Of a DNA stretch of 32,000 bases, positions 7,881 through 19,546 are shown piece after piece. The notes beneath the pieces are model-generated. The model ran no database searches, was not told the DNA's origin, and worked only from the letters and a program-made list of their open reading frames with translations. The stretch's first letter is position 1. The number at the start of each line of letters is the position of its first letter. The stretch comes from Candidatus Nitrospira inopinata (GTDB taxonomy: Bacteria; Nitrospirota; Nitrospiria; Nitrospirales; Nitrospiraceae): contig NZ_LN885086.1 of NCBI RefSeq assembly GCF_001458695.1, positions 2,160,001-2,192,000 on the forward strand, written 5' to 3'. The position numbers and the translations under genes were made by a program.

Positions 7881-9281
7881 ATGTCGGCTTCAATATTGGT
7901 AGTGGACGACGAAGAGGCGATTCGGACGTCGCTGCGCAGCATTCTGGAAGATGAAGGGTATCAGGTCATGGTGGCGTCCGGGGGAGATGAAGCGCTCAAA
8001 ATCTATGGAACCGACCCGCCTGATCTGATGCTGCTCGACATTTGGATGCCGGAGATGGACGGGTTGGAGACGCTGCGCCGGGTCAAGGAGCTCACCCCGG
8101 CCGCTCAAGTGATGATGATGTCCGGCCACGGGTCCATCGAAACGGCGGTCAAGGCCATCAAGCTCGGCGCCTACGATTACATCGAGAAGCCGCTGTCGCT
8201 GGAGAGTGTGACATTGCGGGTGAAGCATGCGCTGGAACAGTTTCGGTTGGAGCAGGAGAACCGAGCCCTGCGGACGAAGGTACAGCGGAAGTTTGAGTTG
8301 GTGGGGCAGTCGCCGGCCATGCAGCGGCTGCGGCAGTTGATCGGAACCGCCGGCCCGACGAACAGTCGGGTGCTGATCGGCGGCGAAAACGGGACGGGCA
8401 AGGAGCTGGTCGCGCGCGCCATTCATCTCCACAGCGCCAGGGCCGACCATCCGTTCATTGCCGTCAACTGCGCGGCCATCCCCGAGACGTTGATCGAGAG
8501 CGAACTGTTCGGCCACGAGAAAGGCGCGTTTACCGGCGCCACCTCGATGAAACGAGGCCAGTTTGAGCAGGCCGACGGCGGCACTCTGTTTCTCGACGAG
8601 ATCGGCGACATGAGCCTCAATACACAGGCCAAGGTCTTGCGCGCCTTGCAGGAGCAGCAGTTTACGCGGGTGGGCGGCACCAAGCTCATCAAGGTGGACG
8701 TGCGAGTGTTGGCCGCGTCAAACAAAGATCTCGAAACGGAAATTCAGAAGGGGCGCTTCCGGGAGGACCTCTATTACCGATTAAACGTCGTTCCGATCGT
8801 CGTGCCGCCGCTGCGCGAGCGGCGAGAGGATATTCCCGCCTTGGTCCGTCACTTTATGAAGATCCACGCCGAGGAGCAGGGATTGCGTATCAAAGAAGTG
8901 TCGCCCGAGGCGATGACGATGCTGCAACAATACGAGTGGCCCGGTAACATTCGGGAACTGCGCAATCTGGTCGAGCGGTTGATGATCATGGTGCCGGGTC
9001 CCGTGATCGAGGCGTCGCACGTCACCATGTCCGTACACGCAAAAACCGTTCACTCCGCCGCGTCTACTCAGGCGGACGGGCGGGCCGCCTCCGTGCTGTT
9101 TTCCAAGTCGTATGACTCGCTCAAGGACGCCCGGAACGCCTTTGAGAAGGAATATATCGGCCGCAAGCTGCGGGAACATCACTGGAACATTTCGCGAACG
9201 GCCGAAGATCTCAAGATTGAGCGCAGTCATCTCCATCGCAAGATCAAGCTGCTGGACGTGGAGATGAGGCCGGAGGGATGA
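7881..9281 (+). CDS. ntrX: Sigma-54-dependent response regulator, NtrX/NtrC family (REC - AAA+ - Fis-type HTH)
   Basis: REC (ILVVDDEEAIR…LMLLDIWMPEMDG…KP). Walker A GENGTGKE. GAFTGA loop (HEKGAFTGA). Walker B LFLDEIGDM. C-terminal HTH (WNISRTAEDLKIERSHLHRKIK). RBS GAGGAGAGA upstream. It lies immediately downstream of ntrY. Confidence 0.9.
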   Translation: MSASILVVDDEEAIRTSLRSILEDEGYQVMVASGGDEALKIYGTDPPDLMLLDIWMPEMDGLETLRRVKELTPAAQVMMMSGHGSIETAVKAIKLGAYDYIEKPLSLESVTLRVKHALEQFRLEQENRALRTKVQRKFELVGQSPAMQRLRQLIGTAGPTNSRVLIGGENGTGKELVARAIHLHSARADHPFIAVNCAAIPETLIESELFGHEKGAFTGATSMKRGQFEQADGGTLFLDEIGDMSLNTQAKVLRALQEQQFTRVGGTKLIKVDVRVLAASNKDLETEIQKGRFREDLYYRLNVVPIVVPPLRERREDIPALVRHFMKIHAEEQGLRIKEVSPEAMTMLQQYEWPGNIRELRNLVERLMIMVPGPVIEASHVTMSVHAKTVHSAASTQADGRAASVLFSKSYDSLKDARNAFEKEYIGRKLREHHWNISRTAEDLKIERSHLHRKIKLLDVEMRPEG

Positions 9282-9367
9282 GCCGCGCGGCCGCTGTTCC
9301 AACCGAAGCGCAGAGACGGCAATCGATCAAGCCGATGAAACGGAAGAAAAAACGGTCCCACGTTCCG

Positions 9368-9396
9368 TTGACCCCCGCCGTGCCCTCCTCTAAGAT
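9368..9396 (+). promoter_or_regulatory. Candidate sigma-70 promoter of purM, placing the transcription start within a few nt of the ATG
   Basis: TTGACC (9368-9373), a 17-nt spacer, then TAAGAT (9391-9396). The purM ATG is at 9406 and no Shine-Dalgarno sequence lies between them. Confidence 0.4.
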
Positions 9397-9405
9397 AGCG
9401 CGCCC

Positions 9406-10443
9406 ATGACCACGTATCGAGAAGCCGGCGTCGATATCGACGCGGGCGATGAATTCGTCGATCGCATCAAGCCGCTTGTGCGCTCCACCTTTCGGCCGGA
9501 AGTCTTGACCGACCTGGGCGGCTTCGGCGGCCTGTTCGGCCTGCGGGCGGAGCAGTACAAAGAACCGGTGCTGGTCTCCGGTACCGACGGGGTCGGGACC
9601 AAGCTCAAAATCGCCTTCTTCATGGATCGGCACGACACGGTCGGCATCGACCTGGTCGCCATGTGTGTGAACGATATCGTGGTGAGCGGGGCCGAGCCGC
9701 TCTTCTTCCTGGACTACTTCGCGACGGGCAAACTTTCAGTCGCCAAGGCCCAGGACGTCGTCAAGGGTATCGCCGAAGGGTGTCGCCAAGCCGAATGTGC
9801 TCTCATCGGCGGCGAGACGGCCGAGATGCCGTCGTTCTACCGCGACGGTGAATATGACCTGGCCGGTTTTGCGGTCGGGGTCGTTGAAAAATCCAAGATC
9901 ATCGACGGTCGATCGATTACACCGGGCGATGTGTTGATCGGACTGGCGTCGAGCGGCCTGCACAGCAATGGTTACTCGCTGGCGCGCCGCGTCCTGTTCG
10001 AACAGGAAAAGTTGACGGTGGATAGTCAGGTGCCGGAGCTTGATCGAACCGTAGGTGAAGAACTGCTCACCCCGACCAGAATCTATGTGAAACCAATTCT
10101 GTCCCTCATCCGTGCGTTTCCCATCAAAGGCCTGGCTCACATCACCGGAGGAGGGATCACGGAGAACCTGCCGCGCGTTCTTCCCGCTGGTGTGAAAGCA
10201 CGCGTGGACCGACGGGCCTGGATCGTGCCGCCAGTGTTCACGGTGCTGGGCAGACTGGGGAACATTGAGCCGAAAGAGATGTATCGCGTGTTCAACATGG
10301 GGATCGGCATGGTCTTGGTCGTGCCGCCGGATGCCGCGGATTCGGTCGTTTCTCGAGCCATCGATCTTGGCGAACGTGCGCACGTGATCGGCGAGATCGT
10401 TGTTTCCCCGTCGGCGGAACCGGAGGTGGAGTATGTGGCTTAA
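9406..10443 (+). CDS. purM: Phosphoribosylformylglycinamidine cyclo-ligase (AIR synthetase)
   Basis: [22 protein letters not shown]…GGFGGLF…[14 protein letters not shown]…[10 protein letters not shown]…[12 protein letters not shown]…GGETAEMP is full-length PurM. Confidence 0.95.
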   Translation: MTTYREAGVDIDAGDEFVDRIKPLVRSTFRPEVLTDLGGFGGLFGLRAEQYKEPVLVSGTDGVGTKLKIAFFMDRHDTVGIDLVAMCVNDIVVSGAEPLFFLDYFATGKLSVAKAQDVVKGIAEGCRQAECALIGGETAEMPSFYRDGEYDLAGFAVGVVEKSKIIDGRSITPGDVLIGLASSGLHSNGYSLARRVLFEQEKLTVDSQVPELDRTVGEELLTPTRIYVKPILSLIRAFPIKGLAHITGGGITENLPRVLPAGVKARVDRRAWIVPPVFTVLGRLGNIEPKEMYRVFNMGIGMVLVVPPDAADSVVSRAIDLGERAHVIGEIVVSPSAEPEVEYVA

Positions 10444-11119
10444 GCGAACGGCTCCGTTGCGGGTGGCGGTGTTGGCGTCGGGCCGCGGGTCCAACCTTCA
10501 GGCGATCATCGATGCCATCGAAGCCGGACACGTCGAAGCCACGATCACGGCCGTCATCAGCAACAAAAAAGATGCCCAGGCCTTGGAGCGGGCGCGCACC
10601 CATGGAGTGCCCGATCTCTTCGTCGATCCGAAACCCTTTGCCGGACAGCCGGACAGCCGCGAAGCCTATGATCGGGCGATCCTGGAGATTCTCGAGCAAC
10701 GGGATGTCGAACTGGTGTTGCTCGCCGGCTACATGAAGATCGTGACCTCCGTCCTGGTCAACGCCTACCGGAACCGGATGATGAACATTCATCCCTCGTT
10801 GCTGCCCTCGTTTCCCGGCCTGCACGGCCAGAAGCAGGCGTTGGATTGGGGTTGCAAACTGGCCGGCTGCACCGTCCATTTCGTCACCGAAGGGGTGGAC
10901 GAGGGGCCGATCATCGTCCAGGCCGCCGTGCCGATTTTTGACGATGACACTCCCGACACCCTCGCCGCCCGCATCCTCGTTCAAGAGCACAAGATCTATC
11001 CCCGAGCCGTGCAACTCTTTGCCGAAGGCCGCCTCCGCGTCGAAGGTCGCCGCGTCTATATCGACGGCGGGTTCGACCGTTCCCACCACGAATCCCAGGC
11101 GCTCATCAGCCCGGCGTAG
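10433..11119 (+). CDS. purN: Phosphoribosylglycinamide formyltransferase
   Basis: [21 protein letters not shown]…[10 protein letters not shown]…[16 protein letters not shown]…[18 protein letters not shown] place the start at the internal ATG 10433, with GGAGGTGGA as RBS. It overlaps the end of purM by 11 nt. The track ORF begins earlier, at 10400. Confidence 0.93.
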   Translation: MWLKRTAPLRVAVLASGRGSNLQAIIDAIEAGHVEATITAVISNKKDAQALERARTHGVPDLFVDPKPFAGQPDSREAYDRAILEILEQRDVELVLLAGYMKIVTSVLVNAYRNRMMNIHPSLLPSFPGLHGQKQALDWGCKLAGCTVHFVTEGVDEGPIIVQAAVPIFDDDTPDTLAARILVQEHKIYPRAVQLFAEGRLRVEGRRVYIDGGFDRSHHESQALISPA

Positions 11120-11425
11120 GGGAGACCGTGTTCATTTGGGAGGCGGGTCGCCTGGTGTCGTGACGCCGGCGCTGCACCCCTTCGTTCTGCAGCCTGCCCC
11201 AGAATCTCTATTATGGGTCTAGCCAGGCCGGGCGTTCTCAACAAACTGGCGCAGGACCGAAGAGGATGGGTCGCCGGTCCCGCGCCTCGGGCGAGAGATA
11301 ACGGAACAGCCCGAGATCCTAACCGCGCCCGCTCCACTTCCCAATAGCACACATAATAAATAGTTCTACTTGCCAACAGTCGGAGCCAGGAGAAAGAGAG
11401 GAATAGAAGAGTTGTCCGGCAGCCG

Positions 11426-12460
11426 CTAGGGCTTCGGCTGGAGAGGAGACTGGGAGTGGGAGCGTTGATTCCGTTGCGCGATGGCCGCGTTGCGACGAAG
11501 CCCGTCAAGTTTAGCCCGCCGAATCGGACTCCGCTGAAACAGGGCGGAGAAGGTCGATTCATCCAAGCCGGACAGGGTGTCGAGGTTCGGTGCAAGGGCC
11601 AAGGGCATCGGTTGAAAGGTCGGTTCATCGGTCGGTTCGGCGCGGAGATTAAACGGGCAGACGTCGAGGCAGTCGTCGCACCCAAAGATCTTGTTATCCA
11701 TCCGTTGTTGGAGGTCGGTTGGAATTTCTTCTTGAGGACCGCGCAATTCGATGGTCAGGTACGAAATGCACCGGGTGGCATCGACCACATAGGGTTCAAC
11801 AATGGCGCCGGTCGGACAGGCCTGAACGCAGAGCGAGCAACTGCCGCAAAGGTCGGTGGCCGGTTCGTCGGCATCCAACACCAGGGTCGTCAATACCTCT
11901 CCCAATAAGAGCCAGGAGCCATGCTCCGCTGAAACCAGGTTTGAATGTTTACCGATCCATCCGAGCCCGGCCCGTTCCGCCCAGGCTTTCTCCATGATGG
12001 GACCGGTGTCGGCATACGAGCGGGTGTGGGCGTCCGGCGCCAGGCTCTGGATCCGTCTTTCAAGCTGCCTAAGCCGATCGCGAAAAACCTTGTGATAATC
12101 CTGTCCCCAGGCATAGCGGGCGATGCGGCCATGGCCGGGTCGTTCGTCCGCTCGATGTTCGGTCAAATAATTGAGCCCGACGGAGATGATGGACCGACAA
12201 CCCGGCAGTACCAGCCGAGGGTCGGACCGTTTTGCCGGGTCACGGCTCATCCAGGCCATGGTCCCCTGGTAGCCGCGACGGAGCCATTCGCCCAGGCGGT
12301 TCAGCAAAAGATTCGGCGACGAAGCGACGGATGCCGGGCGGGCGTCGGCCCGTGAACCGGCGTCCGCCCGAGAGCGCTCCTGTTCATCGATCCGCGCGAT
12401 GCCGACGGCGTCGAACCCCAGGGCGAAGGCTTCTCGTTTGATGGATTCTGTGAGGGTCAT
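11426..12460 (-). CDS. queG: tRNA epoxyqueuosine(34) reductase
   Basis: GFDAVGIARI…YAWGQDYH…GWIGKHSNL…CGSCSLCVQACPTGAI…CISYLTIE…IFGCDDCLDVCPFN are the two 4Fe-4S motifs and conserved QueG blocks. I place the start at ATG (complement of 12458-12460, MTLTESIKREA). Confidence 0.9.
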   Translation of the reverse strand: MTLTESIKREAFALGFDAVGIARIDEQERSRADAGSRADARPASVASSPNLLLNRLGEWLRRGYQGTMAWMSRDPAKRSDPRLVLPGCRSIISVGLNYLTEHRADERPGHGRIARYAWGQDYHKVFRDRLRQLERRIQSLAPDAHTRSYADTGPIMEKAWAERAGLGWIGKHSNLVSAEHGSWLLLGEVLTTLVLDADEPATDLCGSCSLCVQACPTGAIVEPYVVDATRCISYLTIELRGPQEEIPTDLQQRMDNKIFGCDDCLDVCPFNLRAEPTDEPTFQPMPLALAPNLDTLSGLDESTFSALFQRSPIRRAKLDGLRRNAAIAQRNQRSHSQSPLQPKP

Positions 12461-12537
12461 GCAACTGTCCGGAGATGGAGGGTAACACAGGCTCCTGGCT
12501 TGCGACCATAGAACGGCACCACGTAGAATCCGTCGCA

Positions 12538-13203
12538 ATGAAAATGTTCATGGGGAACAGCGGCCGCACGACGTTGGTTTCTCTCGGACGACCTGATCGG
12601 AGCCGATGGGTCTTCATGGGGCTGCTGCTTTTTGTCGTCGCACTGCATGTGACTCTCGGAGGTCGGGATCGTTGGGCGTCGGCTTCATCGGATGTCTCGG
12701 TCGATGCGTTGGAGGTGGCCCAAGATCCGACGGGCGGCGTGCGCGCCACCGCCCGGCTCTTATTGCCGGCCAAGACGGAAGTCATTCACGACCTATTGAC
12801 CGATTATGTCCGCTGGCCCGAACTGTTCGACGTCCGCATGAGGCTCGCCGGATTGACCGTACAAGACGGAGTCGCCACCGTCGATCTCAGGATTGCACAT
12901 CCTCTGTTGCCGGGGGAACGCCGGTTGGTGACGGAATCGCGGATCGTACCGGGTGGCGGCCTGGTGACCGATCTCAAGGGAGGAGATTTCAAACGCTATC
13001 ACCGCGTCTGGACCCTGCACCAAGTCGGAGAAGGGAATCAGACACAGGCCGATTTTGAATTGGCCTTTGAGATCGAATCCTTTGTGCCCGATTGGCTGGT
13101 GGCGGTCGCGGTTCGGCAGGAGTTGGAAGCGCACTTTCGAATCCTCAAGCAAAAGGCGGTGGAACGTGCACGATCCTCGTCCCGCCCGCCGTCTCCGGAG
13201 TAA
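12538..13203 (+). CDS. SRPBCC (polyketide cyclase/dehydrase, START-like) family protein with an N-terminal membrane anchor or signal sequence
   Basis: RWVFMGLLLFVVALHVTLGG is followed by AKTEVIHDLLTDYVRWPELF…FKRYHRVWTL…ADFELAFEIESFVPDWLVAVAVRQELEAHFRILKQKA. The start is placed at ATG 12538 (MKMFMG); the track ORF begins at 12475. Confidence 0.7.
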   Translation: MKMFMGNSGRTTLVSLGRPDRSRWVFMGLLLFVVALHVTLGGRDRWASASSDVSVDALEVAQDPTGGVRATARLLLPAKTEVIHDLLTDYVRWPELFDVRMRLAGLTVQDGVATVDLRIAHPLLPGERRLVTESRIVPGGGLVTDLKGGDFKRYHRVWTLHQVGEGNQTQADFELAFEIESFVPDWLVAVAVRQELEAHFRILKQKAVERARSSSRPPSPE

Positions 13204-13236
13204 AGGGGAAAAAGAGACTTCGATCTCGCCAAACAC

Positions 13237-15452
<2,216 letters not shown>

Positions 15453-15601
15453 ACGAACTCGAATTATGTGAGGAGGGGCGGGCGAACGCAAGTCGGCAAA
15501 CGGCGGTGATGGGGCGACAAACGGTTTGCTTGCTGAGCCTGTGATTCCTATGGTACGGTCGAACACCGTCCGGGCAAGCGAAAAGTCGGAGACCATTCGT
15601 C

Positions 15602-16378
15602 ATGGATCGATACACGATGACTGCGGTGATCGTTCTGTCCGGCTTGTGGCAGGTCGGGTTCTTCATGGAGCCGGCTGCGGCCGACGCCGCAGAGCCCGTG
15701 ACGATCACGGACTCCGCCGACTATTTCCCCGACGCGGTCGGCAATCGCTGGGTCTATCGCGGGCATATTACGGAGGGGCCGCTCCAGACGGTGGACAACA
15801 AATTTTTTACCAACGTCTCGACGGTGACGGGAACCAAAACGATCAATAACGTGCGGGTGACCGTCTTTCACGATACCAATCCAGGCAATCACGGTCCCTC
15901 GGACAGTTTTTACCGTCGGGACAGCGTGGGCATCGTCTATTATGGGTCGGAGCCGGGGACGCCCTTGGAAAAACAACTGATCCCGTACCAAATTTTTCGG
16001 TTTCCCATAAAAATTCCCTCTTCCTTTCAACAGTTCGACAGGACCGGCCTCGATTTCGGGTCGGACATGGACCATGACGGCGCCAACGAGAAAACCGACG
16101 TGAAGGGATGGGTGACCCTGCTCGGCCGTGAAACGATCACCGTGCCGGCCGGTACGTTTCCGGATGCGATCAAGGTCGAGGCCAAGATGACCATGCAGAT
16201 TCATTTGTCGTCCGGCCGAGGCGCCATTGCGGGATCGGACGTCATGACCGCGTGGTTCGCCAAGGGGGTCGGTCTCGTGAAGTACGCGGAGCGTCAGGAA
16301 ATGGGGCCGATCAAGGAAGACCGTGGGGTCATCGTGGAAATTACGGAAGAGCTGGAAGAATATGAGATCAAGAAGTGA
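15602..16378 (+). CDS. Hypothetical exported protein (258 aa)
   Basis: Signal-peptide-like N terminus MTAVIVLSGLWQVGFFMEPAAADA followed by a beta-rich-looking domain. No family recognised. The start could be ATG 15602 or 15617. Confidence 0.6.
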   Translation: MDRYTMTAVIVLSGLWQVGFFMEPAAADAAEPVTITDSADYFPDAVGNRWVYRGHITEGPLQTVDNKFFTNVSTVTGTKTINNVRVTVFHDTNPGNHGPSDSFYRRDSVGIVYYGSEPGTPLEKQLIPYQIFRFPIKIPSSFQQFDRTGLDFGSDMDHDGANEKTDVKGWVTLLGRETITVPAGTFPDAIKVEAKMTMQIHLSSGRGAIAGSDVMTAWFAKGVGLVKYAERQEMGPIKEDRGVIVEITEELEEYEIKK

Positions 16379-16384
16379 AACGGT

Positions 16385-19351
16385 TCACTCGACGGCCTCG
16401 AATCCCCGGCGGAGGGTGTTTTCGCAAACGATGCGAGCGGTCATGAACTGGGGCAAGTAGTCTTCCCCTCCCGCTTTCGCCCCCACCCCTGAAAAACGAT
16501 GGCCGCCGAAGGGTTGCCGTCCGACGAGCGCGCCGGTGATCGGCCGATTCAGATAGAGATTGCCGACGTCGAATCGGTCGCGGGCGAGGGCGAGATTCGC
16601 CGGACTCCGGCTGTACACACCGCCCGTCAGCGCGTAAGACGTCCCGTTCGCCAGACGCAGCGCCTCCTCGAAACTCTCCGCTTTCATCACGGCGAGCACG
16701 GGACCGAAGATCTCTTTCTGCGCCAACCGGTGGGTCGGTTCTACGTCAACGAAGACCGTCGGGCCGATGAAGTATCCTTCCCGATCGACCGATCGCTGAA
16801 CCAGCGGTCGGCACTCGCGCAGCCCCTCCGCGATGAACCGTTGAATCGAGGCCTGCGCCCGCGCGTCGATGACCGGTCCCATCCGGGTGCCGGGGTCCGC
16901 CGGATCGCCGATTTCCAGGCTTAAGACGGCGTCCTTTAATCGGCCTACGAACTCGTCGTACACCGAGCGATGCACGAGGGCCCGGGAGCAGGCCGAACAT
17001 TTCTGCCCCGCGTATCCCGTGAAGGAAGCCACAACGCCGACAATGGCTTCGTCCAAATCCGCCGTGTCATCGACGATGATCGCGTTTTTGCCTCCCATCT
17101 CGGCGATCACCCGTTTGACCATCGGTTGTCCCGGCCGCACGACGGAGGCTTCGGATAGGATGTGAAGCCCGGCGGCTTTTGATCCCGTAAAGGCGATCGT
17201 CACAATGTGAGGGTGAATCACGAGGGCGCGTCCGATCTCCGGTCCTCCCGGGATGCAGATGAGCGCGTCCGACGGCACTCCGGCGGACGTCAGAAGCTCC
17301 GAGAGGAGCATTCCCAACAGAGGGGCCCGCTCCGACGGTTTGAAGAGGACGGCGTTGCCGGTGACCAAGGCGGCGGCGACCATGCCGGCCGGGATGGCGA
17401 GGGGAAAATTCCACGGGGCGATGACGGCGGCGACGCCGCGCGGGCTGTACAGTCGGTGGTTGATTTCCCCCGGTCTCTCGCCCAGCTTCATCGGGTTGGC
17501 CAGGCGGCGCATCTCCCGGCTATAGTACCGGAGAAAATCGATCGCCTCGGCGACGTCGGCGTCCGCTTCCCTCCACGGTTTGCCGACCTCGAAGACTTCC
17601 CAGGCGGCCAATTCGTAACGCCGTCGCGCGATCTCATCGGCGGCCCTGTCCAAGACGGCGGCCCGTTCCTCGGCCGGGCGCCGCCGCCAATCCTCGAAGG
17701 CCGCCTCCGCCCGTTGGACGGCTCGGTCGAGATCCGCGACGGATGCGCCTTTCACCTCCGCGACGACTTCTTCGGGTTTGAACGGATTGTGAGACACGAG
17801 CCAGGGACCCGTCGGTTTCAAATCCGGTCCGATCGATTCCCATCGCCGTCCGAGTTGCGCCCGCACCGACGCCAGGCCGTCCCTCATGGCTTGACGGACC
17901 TCGGCCCGGGAAAAATCGCTGTGCGGCTCATTGGAGAACGTTCGCCGGTCGGTTGCGGCCGGCGTTTCCACCTCGACCGGCGGGACCTCGGGCGGAGCCA
18001 GAAGCTGCGCCAGCGACTGGGATTCGACGTATTCTTTACGGAGAAACGATTCGTTGGACGTGTTTTCCAACAGACGACGGACCAAGTAGGCCATGCCCGG
18101 CAAGAGCCGGCCGACCGGGGTGTAGAGGCGGACTCGGCGCCCCAGCGTGACCATGGCCTGTTGAAAGGGCTCGGCCATGCCGTAGATCATTTGATATTCC
18201 CGCGCGGCGGCCGGCAAGTTACGGCTGTCCGCCACGGCCTCGATGACGGACAGTGTCCGCAGATTGTGCGTGCCGAACGCCGGGCGAACGAACTCCGCAT
18301 GGTCGAAGAGGAGACGAATCAGCCGTTCGTAGTTGGCGTCCGTTTCCGCCTTGTGTTCGAAGAGCGGAACCGGCCACCCGGCCTGTCGATACCGGACCGT
18401 ATCCGAGTCCCAATAGGCGCCCTTGACCAACCGAATCGTGATCGGCGCGCCGCGCGTCTTGGTCCAGGCGATCAGACGGCGGACGTCCCGTTCAGTGTCC
18501 CGATGATAGGCCTGCAGGGCGAGACCGGCGTAGGGATAGCCGCGATAGGCCGGTTCGGCGAACAGCCGAGTGAAGATGTCCAGCAAAAGGGGCTTGGTCT
18601 CGGCCTGTTCCATGTCGAAAATCAGCCCGGCCGACAGTGAGACGGCTTGATCGACCAAGGGGCGAAGGCGCGACGCCACCGACCGATAGCTGCCGTCGGG
18701 ATCGATCGGGTCCAAGCGAGAGGAGAGCGCCGAGATTTTGATGGAGAGTTGCACGCGCGGCAGCGGCCCCAGGTGGTCTGATTCCAAAAGAGGGGCCGAT
18801 GGCCAGGAAGAAGCCGTCCGCGCCAGCTCTCTCAACGTTTGGAGACAACGGTCTCGGTAGAGATCGGCTTCTGATTCGCTGACCGTCGCTTCTCCCAGAA
18901 GATCGACGGACCAGGCCCTCCCGGCCTTCCAAAGGTGTTGCAAGACCGGCACCGCTTCGTCCACCGACGCACCCGCGATAAACGTTCGGGCCATTTGTTC
19001 AACATGAGCCCTGATCGACTTGCCGGTCCACCTGGCGCCGAGGCCGGTGGCCGCCAACGCTTTGAGTCCCCATTGAAGACCGAATAAGTCGGCGTGTAAT
19101 CCACCGAAATATTCTTGAGCGAGAGAGACGACGCGCTCATCATCGGCGACCGATGGCAGGACGTCGATGAAGCGAAAGAGACGGGTTTTGAAGACCGGGT
19201 CCTTCATGGCGAGATTGATCGCCGACTGGGACCACCACCGGCCCTCGAAAACGGTCGGCTTGTGGCCGGCGGAGAGGCGGACAAGGTGCCCGCCGATCCG
19301 GCGAACGGCCGGTTCGAGCGATTCCGGTTCGTGCGATGAAACAGGCGTCAT
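16385..19351 (-). CDS. putA: Bifunctional proline dehydrogenase / L-glutamate-gamma-semialdehyde (P5C) dehydrogenase
   Basis: 988 aa. The N-terminal half carries proline dehydrogenase blocks (LSIKISAL, RLVKGAYWD, FGTHN, EYQMIYGM, AYLVRRLLENTSN). The C-terminal half is an aldehyde dehydrogenase (APWNFPLAI, EMGGKNAIIVD, GQKCSA, FGPVL). No N-terminal ribbon-helix-helix DNA-binding domain is seen. Confidence 0.92.
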   Translation of the reverse strand: MTPVSSHEPESLEPAVRRIGGHLVRLSAGHKPTVFEGRWWSQSAINLAMKDPVFKTRLFRFIDVLPSVADDERVVSLAQEYFGGLHADLFGLQWGLKALAATGLGARWTGKSIRAHVEQMARTFIAGASVDEAVPVLQHLWKAGRAWSVDLLGEATVSESEADLYRDRCLQTLRELARTASSWPSAPLLESDHLGPLPRVQLSIKISALSSRLDPIDPDGSYRSVASRLRPLVDQAVSLSAGLIFDMEQAETKPLLLDIFTRLFAEPAYRGYPYAGLALQAYHRDTERDVRRLIAWTKTRGAPITIRLVKGAYWDSDTVRYRQAGWPVPLFEHKAETDANYERLIRLLFDHAEFVRPAFGTHNLRTLSVIEAVADSRNLPAAAREYQMIYGMAEPFQQAMVTLGRRVRLYTPVGRLLPGMAYLVRRLLENTSNESFLRKEYVESQSLAQLLAPPEVPPVEVETPAATDRRTFSNEPHSDFSRAEVRQAMRDGLASVRAQLGRRWESIGPDLKPTGPWLVSHNPFKPEEVVAEVKGASVADLDRAVQRAEAAFEDWRRRPAEERAAVLDRAADEIARRRYELAAWEVFEVGKPWREADADVAEAIDFLRYYSREMRRLANPMKLGERPGEINHRLYSPRGVAAVIAPWNFPLAIPAGMVAAALVTGNAVLFKPSERAPLLGMLLSELLTSAGVPSDALICIPGGPEIGRALVIHPHIVTIAFTGSKAAGLHILSEASVVRPGQPMVKRVIAEMGGKNAIIVDDTADLDEAIVGVVASFTGYAGQKCSACSRALVHRSVYDEFVGRLKDAVLSLEIGDPADPGTRMGPVIDARAQASIQRFIAEGLRECRPLVQRSVDREGYFIGPTVFVDVEPTHRLAQKEIFGPVLAVMKAESFEEALRLANGTSYALTGGVYSRSPANLALARDRFDVGNLYLNRPITGALVGRQPFGGHRFSGVGAKAGGEDYLPQFMTARIVCENTLRRGFEAVE

Positions 19352-19546
19352 GGTCCGTCACTCCGTCACAGCAAGCGGCTTTTGTCATAAGACTAACATG
19401 GAGCAGCCGAATGGGCCATCGCTTCCCGGGGGATTTCCCGTGAGGGGACCATCGGCGCATGATTCGACCGGCCCATTTCTTTCCACGATGCCATCGCTTA
19501 TGATGGAACAAAGCGACGGGCGGGCTTACAACGGAGGATATCGACC

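Noticed and set aside
11120-11425. SRP RNA, 6S RNA, tmRNA or RNase P RNA in the purN-queG spacer
   Set aside because: I could not find the conserved motifs, for example GGAAGGAAGCAGCC-type SRP domain IV, GAGGAAAGTCC for RNase P, or a tmRNA tag frame. The region is kept only as an unexplained spacer in the findings.
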